64,000 bases of DNA from the human T2T-CHM13v2.0 reference genome, Homo sapiens. The first letter of the stretch is position 1. Every line of letters begins with the position of its first letter. The translations under genes and the position numbers were made by a program. This document shows positions 52,519 to 64,000 of the stretch, in pieces. The notes beneath the pieces were generated by a model. That model did no database searches and was not told where the DNA came from. It was given only the letters and a program-made list of their open reading frames with translations. The stretch is from NCBI RefSeq assembly GCF_009914755.1, contig NC_060938.1. The stretch is one strand, 5' to 3'.

Positions 52519-55500
52519 TCGTGGTAGAGTTGGGGGGAGGTACTAATTGTCTCTTTGCCAGAGTTTAAGTGCAACATTTTTCATTGCAATTTAACAAATG
52601 TTCTTCTTAAAATAGACTGACAGTGGGTCAAACTGCTTCAGCTTCTCCTTAGTTAACCTAAATGCATTAGAGTTGAGGCTTTTTATACTCAGATCAATGT
52701 TGCTTCTTATTCTTCGACTTAATTTAGTGTAAGACTAATATGACTATCTCTCCATTTATTTCTCTCTCTCTCTTTGGTTTTAATAAAATTAGAATTAATT
52801 CAATATATGCAATTTCTAGATTTCTTTTTTTCAATCATAGAAATGCCAAATACAACAATATACTTTGATTTTTTTTTTTTTTTGCCAGTGGTAAACTATT
52901 GTACAAAATAATTATATAAATATACAAGAACATCTGGTCTTTTGAACTGTAGTCACTGCTGAATTTAAACATTATACGTGTTTGACAAAATTAAAGGAGC
53001 TTATTCTTTGTTTCTCCTGGGCTTTAAATAGTAAGCCACAAATAGTACTTAGAGTTATTGTTTCTAGTTAATTTTGAATATTATGTGGAGAAACTTATTC
53101 TGCATTCCCACAGACTTTCATATACCTGGGTTCTATAAAATTTGGGTTCAAGGTTATAATGTATCACAATACTTTTCTAAAACAATGACCCAAATCAAAT
53201 TAAAGGTGGGGGGAACCCCTACTAAATGCTTTTCTCCCATTTTACCCACAACAATTCCTAAATGACATTAGACAATTAGGGCAATTTTGATATCCTTTGT
53301 AGAGTATAGTAATTAAAATTATTACTGCCACTTTTGTAATAAACTCGTGTGACTTTATAAGTCTGTCCCTGTTCTCTTTCATGATGGAGACATCATACAA
53401 TCTGTAATTGTGCTATTAAGGAAAAGAGACCTAATCTTTTTGCATTTGAAGTAAGCCTTCATCATCAGCCCAACAAAGCCAGACAGATCAAAAAAGAACC
53501 AGAGAGAGCATTTAAGGAAATTAGTACAAGTGTCAGTTAAAAGGTAAAAATTAATGCAGTTATTATTGAAATATAGTTGAAACCTACGTTCTTTTCATTT
53601 CTTTGATAGTTCGAAGGCATAAAACATTCAATTAACTTTCCATTGTGTTTGGGGGAGAAAAGGCAGAGGATTGTCAGTGAAATGTTAGGGGTGTAGGTGG
53701 TGCATGGTGAAAAAAATAGAATAGGATGAGCAGGAGAGAGACCCAGAAAAAACCGCATGGCCCAGGCCATGGAGACAGAGCTGCTGCAGCCCTTCAGAGC
53801 CCACCTGTTCTAGGATTTCAAATGGGCTTTAGACTCTGCTGCTCCATTAAGTCTGGAGATTTAAAACTTAACATGTACAATTCTTTATTGAAAATCATAG
53901 ACAACAGACAACTATGGTTATCTGGAGGCTTTGTGAGTAAATTCACCCTCATTCTTCCATGTACTATGATTATGATGATAACAGTGCATCAAAGAAAGAC
54001 TGTAAAGACATGTGACTATTGATGGCTATTGGGGTTGTGGGTGAACTTTTTTGCCTTTTGACTTTTTTTTTTTTTTTGGTCAGTTTTCTACTACAATCAT
54101 GCGTTGATGTTACTGTGATCATAACTAGAAAAGTAAAATAAAGTTGATTTAGGATAAGCAGCAGCATGGGGTGAAAAGGGGAGGATAACCATAAGCTTTG
54201 GGGTCAGACTGATTCATGTCTGATGAACAACTTGGCTGCTGAATGCTGTGTGACCTCAAACAAGTAGCTGAACCTCTCTGAGTCAGTATTCCTTTCCTTT
54301 ATATAACAGGGAAATGGTTATTTGCTTGGTAAATAGCTGACAAATAATGAAAATGCTTCATCCCAAATGTACATAGCAGACATTCAACAAATATTAATTT
54401 ATTTTGCCCTGACTCTATCCTTTCATCACCCCTTTATGCATGAAAGACAAATTCATATTTTTTGGTTTTCATGACGAGTGGGATCAGTATTCAATGTAAC
54501 TCCTTCATGCTGAGTTTATATTAACTCCCCACAATCACCATTGCTTCTCAGGGCCAAATGTTTTCTTTGTTTTGCTTTGAAATTTTTGCAAGTTTATTCA
54601 GTAGGGAAGATTTACAAGGCTACTCTCAGAACATCAGAACTCCTTAGCTGAACAATCATTATTTGACAATTGCAATTCAAGAATTTTTAAAATTGTATAA
54701 TGAATCAATCTTACTAAATTGTATGCATGTCAAATTGTGATCAACTTGCTGTGAAAATGTTCTGTAAGAGAAGGCCTAATGTTTAAAGTGAAAATTACTG
54801 GGATCACACACACTAATTTGTCTCTATCATTAATGAAACATTGTTTTATTGCCCTGAGAAAAAGACTCATACATATTATTAAACAAATTTTAAGAGTGAT
54901 ACTCTTGAAATGATTTTGCACCATAACATACCAGAAGCAAGAGCTTTGCCTCCATAAATCTTAGTTTATTGCAGGGCACATTATAGGCACCTAGTAAACA
55001 TGTTAAATGAAAAGAAACAGACCTGTTTTGCAAAATATGACCTGTAGTCAGTGTCTGGCTAATTATGTTCTGGAGAAGAACTGCTTCCATCCTAAGCAGA
55101 AAGTTCTTGGGTTCATAAAGGCTACCAGAAAAGGGGGAAACAGAATTATTAGCAGAAACAATTTTGGGTTTAGAAAAGGCCGCTTCTTTGACGCAAGCTC
55201 CCTTTTACCCAAAAATAATATTTGTAAAGTTCAGAAATCCATTTCTAAGGAAAAATCCTTTGCAATATTTGTGCTACTTTCTAGCCAACTCTGCCCTGGC
55301 ACTTAAAGAAAATAACTCAGTTATAAAATCCCAAATCACTGATGTTGTGATTATTATTCTTATTAATATGCATATGATAGAAGTTAGTGCCAAAATGACA
55401 GATTTACGCTTTTGCAAAGGTAATGAATCAAAGTAAGAAGGTAAAAGCCACTATTACCCTAAAACCTAAAAGTGATAGACTACTCAGTTTTTTTTCCCCT

Positions 55501-56882
55501 GTGCAGATGGCTGATAATGCTGTTTTTCACGGAAACACAGTGGGATTGTAATCAGGAATACAAAACTAGCCACTGAAAGAAAGCATGCACTCTTGTCTTT
55601 TGGAACTTTTCTAATTCCAGCTCTGTTCTGAAACGTGCAAAGACAGAGGGTAGCAGTGGTGGGGTGGTTAGCAGGTGTACTATTAATAGGAAGTGAGGAG
55701 AGATAGGGGCAGGACTCAATTTTAAGAATGACCTGACCAACATCAACAGAGAGCAAGAGGATGAAGGTATCCTTAAATTAAAAAAAAAAATCCTCTGTCC
55801 AAACATAAACCCTTCTTTTTGGCATCTAGAATCTAAAAGAAATTCATAGAGAACCAAAGAAAGGAGGACAATGGGAATGTGAAGACAGCCCAAAGACAGG
55901 CCGAGAACAAATAACGAACATATGAATCTCTCAAATGTTTCGGATGCTCTCTGGTTTGGCGAGTCCTCTCCCATCTGCTACTTCACCCGGTCCTGAATCC
56001 AATCCGGTAAGGTTGGCATGATGGGTGATTTTAGATTTCCACTTTAGAGATAAGGGGTCTGAGGCTAAGGGGAGAGAGGTGACATGTCCTTGTCCAAGGT
56101 CACTGTGGCTACGATGTCACAGTCAGTGCCGAGGCAGAGCTGTGCTGTTTCAGAAATTGGCATTTGACTCCTGGGAGCCAGAAAGACATTTTTGGAAGCA
56201 GCATGAGGGTTCCCAATATAGTTAGTAAACTCTAGCATCAATGCCCCAAATAAGTCCTTTACGGTCTGAAAGAGAATTTCAGTTTTTTCCAACCCTCTTT
56301 CTGCCCTCCCTGTTACTGAGGGACCAATAACAGCATTTTCTTATACAAAAGCTTAGAACCTCAGAGGTGAAAGGAACTTGGAGATTTCTAATTCACAAGA
56401 CCCACAGTGGTAACTTGAGACAAAGCTCAGTCAGCTCCCCAGGTCAAACCAAAGTGTCACATTTTAACTTAGCAACAAAAAAGTAAACATGTTTTATAAC
56501 CCTCAGTGCTTGGTTGCATTTTTCCAGTCTGCCAAAGCATTTCTGCATATACTCTCTGATTTGACCCACAAAGGCTCAGAGTAAGACCCACCTAGAATCA
56601 AATCTACGGCTTTTGCCCTTTGTAGGCTCTGTGACTTGACTTCTCTGTGATTCAGTTTCCTCTTCTGTAAGCTGAAGTTCTACCTCATAGGGTAATGATG
56701 AGAATTACATGTAAATATGTAAAGACTGAAGTAGCACAATATAAACATAAACACCCAATAGGTGCTAGCCACCATCTTCATCTTTATCACCACCATCACT
56801 GTGAATATTAGCAGGGCAGGTTTAATATCCCTACTACAAAGGTGAGAAAATGAGGGCAAGTATCTTATTTAAAGAGCCTTAG

Positions 56883-57261
<379 letters not shown>

Positions 57262-58939
57262 TGGGTGTACTTTTTAAAGCTTCCAGTTCAAAACAAGCAT
57301 GGACATTCAAATTTTGGATGGGTAGGTCCAAATAGCTTTGGGGTGGGAAGAAAGTCATGCATGGGCTAACCAATAATGATAATAACAGGGTTCTCGGGCA
57401 TTTCATTTTTACTCAGCTTCTGCCTGTTAATGGGGAACTGGAAATGTTTCTTATTCTTTCGAAATATTCAAGGCTGCGCATGTGTCAAAGGTCAAAAGAC
57501 CCAAGTCAACGGGTCATGCACATCTTTATAGCCAACATGGAAATGCAAAAGCTAGACAAAAATCACTGCTTGGTGCTGCAGGGTACACAGGAGGACTGCA
57601 GAAGATGTACTGTCACCATGGGACAGAAAGAACTGGGAGACATAAAGTCTGGAAGACAAACAGACCCAGCGCTGCACTGTTAGCAGAGCAGACAGATTTA
57701 TGTGGGTGCTGCTGGTGTCCCAGGACAGAGAGATATGCATACGTTAACACTCTAGCAAGGAAATCAGAGTAGAGTATATGTGCTCTATTTCCAAGCCTAC
57801 ATGAGAGTGCTTGTGAAATCAGAGACCAAGGAGCTTCGGGAGTGTGGATTTCCTCCTGCTAGGCAGCTCATGATTCTAATCCAAGCAAAATTGAACCCTT
57901 CTCCACCCTTCCAATTTGTGCTTGTGCTCATTGAAATGTACCATCACCGCTCCCAGAACTCACGGGCTCAAGACTTCTATGCCTGTCTGCTGAATGATCC
58001 TGGCCAACTGAATGTCTCTGGCTCTCAATTTTTTCACCTTTCAGATGGAAGGGTGGGGCCGAGTGATCCATGCCACCTGCCTGGTGTGAAGCAGGCACTA
58101 AGGCAATGACTGCTACACACAAGTGATTCAAGGTCAGGTGGTCATGCATGGCTATTTCCCCTTTGACTGTGCTCAGAGGTGTTCGTACCTGGAATAACAC
58201 TGTTGCTAGAATATCCCTGTCCTGAAGGGCCTCTGTGTCTCCTTACCTCTGCCAGTGAAATATCAGTGCTTTGCACAGTCTAGGAATTTTTGGCTGGACC
58301 AATGTCCCCATCTCTAGAAACACGTGCCTGTGGACAAATTAAGGCACCTACGTTTTTGTGTTCTATTATTGTTTTCTTAAAAGCCATGGAGATTGAGCTT
58401 TTGCATCCAGATCTTCCTCTAACCAGCTGTGAACTCAGTACCTGCTCCTCTCCACTCTCTGTGGTTCAGTTTCCTTATCAGCCAAAAGGAGAGAACATCA
58501 TCTAGTTTTCTGGTGTGGACACGATGGGTGATCAATGAGTGTCAGGCACCTTGTAATGTATGGTGTCTGGCCTGAGGAAGGTACTTAATGAATGCTATTA
58601 ACTGTTCTGATCATTAGAAATTATGCTTAAAAGCAGGCTGAGAAAAGCAAACTCTCTTCTCTACCTACTAAGCACTCAATGAGAGGCTGTGAATAACTGT
58701 AGAAGGATGAATGCAGGAGCAAACTCCAGTTATGACACTTCCTCCCCAAGCTCTCTTACTCACATAGCATTCAAATTGCTAAATTCTTTGAAAAAGCACT
58801 AAGCACTCTTCAAGTGGAGGTGATGTTGATATTTTTCACACTTTCAATTTACGAAAAAACAATAGCAAGCATTCTTTCATCTGTTTGCCATTGAGCCTGT
58901 GAAGTAGGCCAGGTAAATATCATTACCACAAATCCCACC

Positions 58940-59172
58940 TCATCTATAATATATCTGTATCTATTTCCATGTCTATAGCTTTTCCATATCTATCTTTATC
59001 TCTTTTCTGTTTCTATAGCTATGTCCAGATTTCCATATCTATATCTTTTTTCCATATCTATATTCACACGCATACCTATACCTATATCTATACGTAGATC
59101 TGCATCCATACTTATTTTTATTCCTATATCTTTATCTTTTCCCATGCCCATATCCATATCCACATCTATATG
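58940..59172. repeat. Degenerate (ATATCT/ATATCC)n hexamer low-complexity tract
   Basis: Repeated ctatat/ccatat units. Confidence 0.75.
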
Positions 59173-59314
59173 AGGAAATGAAGTCAGGCTCAGCAAATAG
59201 ACCAGCCAAGGTCACCCAGTTAGAAACAGAGCTAGTGAGGCTTCAAGTTTTTTGGCTACAAACTCGGCTTTTTGCAACTTCTCCTATGCTAGGCTTCAAA
59301 TAAACAGGATTATT

Positions 59315-59511
59315 AAAAAGAAAAAAAATAAAGAAATATGAAAAAGAAAGAGAAAAAAAGAAGAAAAGGAAGGAAAGAAGGAAGGAAGGCAAGAGGGAAA
59401 GGAGGGGAGGGAGGGAAGGGAGGAAGGAAGCAAGGAAGGAAGGGGAGGGAAGGGAAGGAAGGAAGGAAGGAAGGAAGGAAGGAAGGAAGGAAGGAAGGAA
59501 GGAAGGAAGGA
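59315..59511. repeat. Purine tract ending in (GGAA)14
   Basis: Uninterrupted GGAA from 59453 to 59508, preceded by GA-rich sequence. Confidence 0.95.
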
Positions 59512-62140
59512 GCAAGCATTATAATCTCTTTATCTTCTATTCACAAAGCCCAGTATATGGCTCAGGCCTTTGTCATCTTCACTTCCATTAACTGAATTTT
59601 TTTTTTTTTTTTGGCGTGGAGCAGATGGGGCAATGGTCTTCAAAATGTCAAATCACTGAACTATTATGTGTCATCTATCGTTCTTCATTATCTATGTCTT
59701 GTTGCTTAAAATTCTTAGAACGGTTTCTAAACACTATATTTTTTAAAATTAGAAAATACAATAGAGCTATTTTTCAGGGGGTGGTTAGAGAGCTGTCATA
59801 TTGTTAGCAGCTACCCTTAAGAGATTATTCCAGGAAACTTACTGTGTGAATGCAGGTTTAAACCAGGTATGTTTTAGGAGACACTTCCTATTCAATTTCT
59901 TTTGTCTTTCTTTTCCTATTTTTTTCTTCACTTAGAGTTTTATAACAAGACTTGAATAAACAGTATACTTGGACTGCCAGCACGATTAAAATTTATATCA
60001 GTTTTGCATCTGTTTGGAGAGGCAGAAAGCAAATCTCTAATTTTAAAACAAATTATCGAATATTTCAAGAAGTCAGAATGAAGATTCCTCTTCATTCTCT
60101 TAAAACTTTAAGAACTGAATTGCTGTGAATTATCCATTTGGCAGAATTTCTAAACAAAATTAATGTATCTGATGCAAACACAGGGCCTCCTGCTTCTTCT
60201 GTTCATTAAAGCTTATGTATTTGCTCAGTTTTACAACAATAATTTTCAGGGTCAGTTTTCAAGCTCTCCTAAGCTCACTTTTTTCCAAATGTGAAACTTA
60301 TGGAAGGAAGAAAGCATACATACCTTGTTTCGAAAATTGAGTATTAATGTTCTGAAGAATATATCTGAAGAGTATCTTCTGGGCTAGAGGTTTGAAAAAC
60401 ATCAGCTGTTTTTCCTTGTGTGGGGTTTTTATTTATGCTCTTCTTTTAAAGCTATTTTTGGTCCCTTGAATTTAGCACAGGTTGCTTAAAAAAATCAAAA
60501 GCAAATATAAAATTTACCTGGAATCTTCTTTAGGACACAAATTAAACCATATTGTAGTTTTGTTTTCTGTTTTTGCTTTTAACTATGTGAATGGTTAATG
60601 CCGTCTTGTATTTTCTGTTGCCTAACTTGCAAAGAGACGCATTTCTCACACAATTCATTTACTCTCTCCTTATTTCTTCATCACTCCCTTGTCTTTGCAG
60701 AATTATTCAACTCAGACTGCCATGCAGAAGAAAAACCATGAACCCGTAAGTGTTACATTTTGAAGCAAAAGTTTATTTTTTCAAAGTCCATTTTCCCCCT
60801 TAGAAAGAAATATCAGAGTGAGAAATAGCGAGTCTCACATTATCTAAAAAGCGACTCTCTCCGGTTTTTGTTCCATTTATTGAAAACTCCAATTTCTTTG
60901 CCTCGGGTTCTAATTTATTTTGCAATTCGCACAGTGCACTGTAAACATAATGTAAAGTTTTCAAAGCTTAATTAACAGCTACAGGATAACGGCAGGCCAA
61001 GATTTTAAAGGCATTTAAGCTTGGCTCCAAGAAATGAAGAGACTTCCATTCAGGAAGCTGTGAACTTGTACCTCTTAAAACAATAAAACCCGTCAGATCC
61101 AGTACTTTGGCTTGCCTTGAATGCCAAGACCGGCACACCTGCTGGCTTAACCCCATCCCTCCGAGGTGCTTCTCGAGGGAGTCCTTCCTGTTCTGGAGCT
61201 GTTTTTCTCTTGGGGAGATGAGACAGCAAAAACAACAAAACCAAAAGAAACAAGCGAAAAAAACCACCAAAAACTCAACCACCCCAAAACTAAAAACTGT
61301 ATATTTTAATCAAAGGTTCAGAAAATCCACTTTCAAATTCCACAGGGATGAGGGTTGGGATTCAGGTATCTCGGCAGAAGGATAGCCAACTGAAAAACCA
61401 ACCCAAGTGGATGGGAAGAATTGACACAATCTCTCAGATCTGCAGTGGGTTCAGAAGAGGTGCTGCGTTATCTGTAGTGTTCCAGTTCTGCCATTTCCTA
61501 GGAGAAGTGCTTGGTGTGGTCACTTACTCTTTCTTGGCCTCAGTTTTTTCCATCTGTAGAATGGGACTGAGAAGAAGAATATCTCTCACAGGTAGGACAT
61601 TGCGTTTTTGTGCTGCAAACGATTGCATAACTGTCCGGAGAATTGGGTCAATCTCTGGCTTAGTCAAGACCCAACAGTCTTGGTTTAACCGTTTTGTAGT
61701 GAGAGGGTTGAATTCTGGCCTCTGATATTTTTCCCAGGGCCTGTGGAGGGAGTCACGAAGGTCAGCCCCTCCGGGCTTCCTGTTCACCGAGGGTCTCTAC
61801 TTAGACTTTTGGCCGGCTCATCAAATGGGGATATGCCCTCACTGTGCTGACTGAAAGGCAGTGCTTGCCACATGGAACATTGTGTCTTGGGACGTGGTCA
61901 TCTGCCTGAAATACACAATGCATACTTACTTATTCTAAATCTTTTAATTACTGTCAGTTGCACAATTTTATTTGCTGGCACTATTCGTGTTAGAAGTTTT
62001 TTTTTATTCGATTTACCTGTTTGGCATTCTGTCATTAAAGAAAAGTACCAAGAACCTCAAAACAAATCCAAGCTCTTGCGGTTGTATGAATCTATTTGTA
62101 AATCAAAGGGGGCTTTTATGTTACGGCAGCAACCGAGCTC

Positions 62141-62174
<34 letters not shown>

Positions 62175-62199
62175 CAAAATGCTCCAGGATTGCTGGAAA

Positions 62200-63790
62200 G
62201 TCGCTGTCCTGGTCTGCAGGGCCCGGGGAAACTGAAAGAAGATCCAGAAGGACGCGCCCTAGCTATGGAGGCTTTGGTGGCATCCGAAAGGGGAGGGGGT
62301 GGCGACCTGCATTAGGCCCCCTCCTCTCCAAACACCTGCTGCTGGTGATGTCGAGAAAACTCCTTGCCCTTGCAACTCTGAGGCGGAGGGGGAAAGGGGA
62401 CCGGAAGCCTCAACATTTTCCTGGTTTCCTGGGGGAGGAGGGTCCGAAAGGAAAGGCTGGTGGGGGGGTGGGGGGAAGGGCCCCAGTGACGACTGGATTC
62501 GGAATTTTCCTCTCACTTCGTGGTAGTGAAGAATTTAACTACAACAGTAACAACACTAATAATTCTAAAAGCCGTGGGAGGTCAGAGCGGGCGCTGCCCG
62601 GCGTCACCCCTGCAGCGTCCGGATCGCTCCGCATAGGCAGGGGTGGTGCCCCCTCCCCGGGGCACAGAAACGCCACATCCCGGGGGCGCCGCCCAGAGGC
62701 TGTCTCTGTTTCTGTGTCCCTTCATGAGGCTCTGTCCCACAAAGGCAGCCTGAGCCAGGACCCTAAAGAGGCCTGGTCATCGGGACCGGAGGGAGTTCCG
62801 CTTCCCAGGCCGGCTCTGCAAACGCGAGCCTGCGCCAAGGCGCCCTGCGGGTTTGCTGGTGGCATCGAGGGGCAGCGCGGGGCCAGCGCTGGGAGCTCCG
62901 AACCCACACGCTCCGGCCAGCTGCCCGGGAAGCGCCCAAGCACACGTCCCGAGTCCCAGATTGGATTAAGTTGCCCAACTACCTACTTTTTCTCTCTTTA
63001 AGGAGAAGCCTAATTGGAGAAGATTCGGTTTTCTTCGCCATGGCAGGTCCCTTTCTCCTGACCCGCAGTTGCAGGGGCTGAGGGTAGGCGCAGGTCCTCC
63101 CTGGGGTCGAAGCCACCATCGGGCCTCGAGGTTGCCCCCCTAACATCCGGCCTGCACGCCTGGCGGGGGCGCAACAGTGTCTCACGGCTCGGGAGCTCGT
63201 TTTTGGCTTCTGAGCAAGGTATTTTTTTCATCTGCCGTGTGTTTAGCTGAATTCAGTATATTTTTCTCGCACTTCTCGCTTTTTTTTTTTTCTTTCTGAA
63301 TCTGCTCTTCTGCTTTGCGGGCCCCTAATCTCTCCCGAATCTCGGGCGCCCGGCCCGGCCCAGGCGAGCGCTCGCGGTTGGGGACGCGGGTGGGGACGCG
63401 GCGGTCTGGGCGCTGCAGGATGCGCCTGGCCGCGGAGGAGACGACCAGGGAGCGGGTCGCCAGATCAAGATCTGCCAGTGCCACTACCTCTGCTTATCTC
63501 CAGGGGCAATCATCGGCTGTCTCAGCTTCCTACCTTTCCACCCACTGTCACTGGGGGTCGGGTTCATTTTGGGGTAAAGTGAATTAAAAGGTCTCCCTCG
63601 TTCGTCTGGATCCAGGCGTGGGTGGGGACAGGGGCGAGCTCTTGCCTGCCTCGCCCTGGCAAACATCTCTTGGAGAGAAAAGTCAGTGTCCTGGGTCCCC
63701 AGTGCACTCTTCCACCACGCCTAGCTATGGCTCTGTGTGTGTGTGTGTGTGTGTGTGTGCGCACATATATGCATATCTCTACAACCCCGG
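62200..63790. promoter_or_regulatory. CpG island (core about 62570-63660)
   Basis: High GC and dense CpG; ATTGG at 62960 and 63013, GGATTA at 62963, G-runs; no credible coding exon. Confidence 0.85.
63734..63759. repeat. (TG)13 microsatellite
   Basis: Perfect dinucleotide run at the island edge. Confidence 0.9.
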
Positions 63791-64000
63791 GGCATCATAA
63801 GGCTGTACTCTCTTTATGGAATTCCAGAACTGTGCAGGGCCTCCTGTGATTCCAGGATCCTGCCCTTCCCACTATTCAGCAGTGCCTGCCACCTGCCCGC
63901 AAGACCAGGAGGCATAGCCAAGCAAAATAATGGCCCTTGAGATCCTTATAAAACTTAGGGTGGCAAGAGCTTTAAGGGTCTTTAGTTCAAACTTTACCTC

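Noticed and set aside
60075-60098. Perfect 10-bp hairpin agaatgaaga-ttcc-tcttcattct
   Set aside because: About one such stem is expected by chance in 64 kb of AT-rich DNA, and there is no supporting context.
62259-63666. Overlapping 60-218 aa ORFs in the CpG island
   Set aside because: Composition is typical of GC-rich non-coding DNA, with no recognisable domain or exon structure.

Overview
This is non-coding primate DNA, hominoid and probably human, judged from AluY and L1PA2-type elements. I can support no protein-coding gene, RNA gene or CRISPR array. The long ORFs come from L1, Alu, simple repeats or the GC-rich island. Much of the window is recognisable interspersed repeat: 7 Alus, 3 L1PA insertions, a full-length L1PB1 with intact TSDs, THE1/MLT LTRs, hAT MITEs, and many MIR/L2 relics. 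Between the repeats lie repeat-free blocks rich in homeodomain, SOX and TCF motifs. A CpG island sits at about 62.2-63.8 kb. Together this looks like a gene desert beside a developmental regulator, but I could not identify the locus. The most notable observation is a decayed Penelope-like (PLE) reverse-transcriptase fossil at about 29.5-30.2 kb, with ordered RT and thumb motifs readable through stops and one frameshift. Other observations are a 119-bp perfect-identity tract between two inverted L1s 21 kb apart (probable gene conversion), a double-tailed composite L1, a 51-bp templated insertion copied from 2.5 kb away, and a CA-rich minisatellite with higher-order ABC structure. Repeat subfamily names come from recalled consensus features and need RepeatMasker/Dfam confirmation. 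I found no evidence for a new multi-gene biological system.
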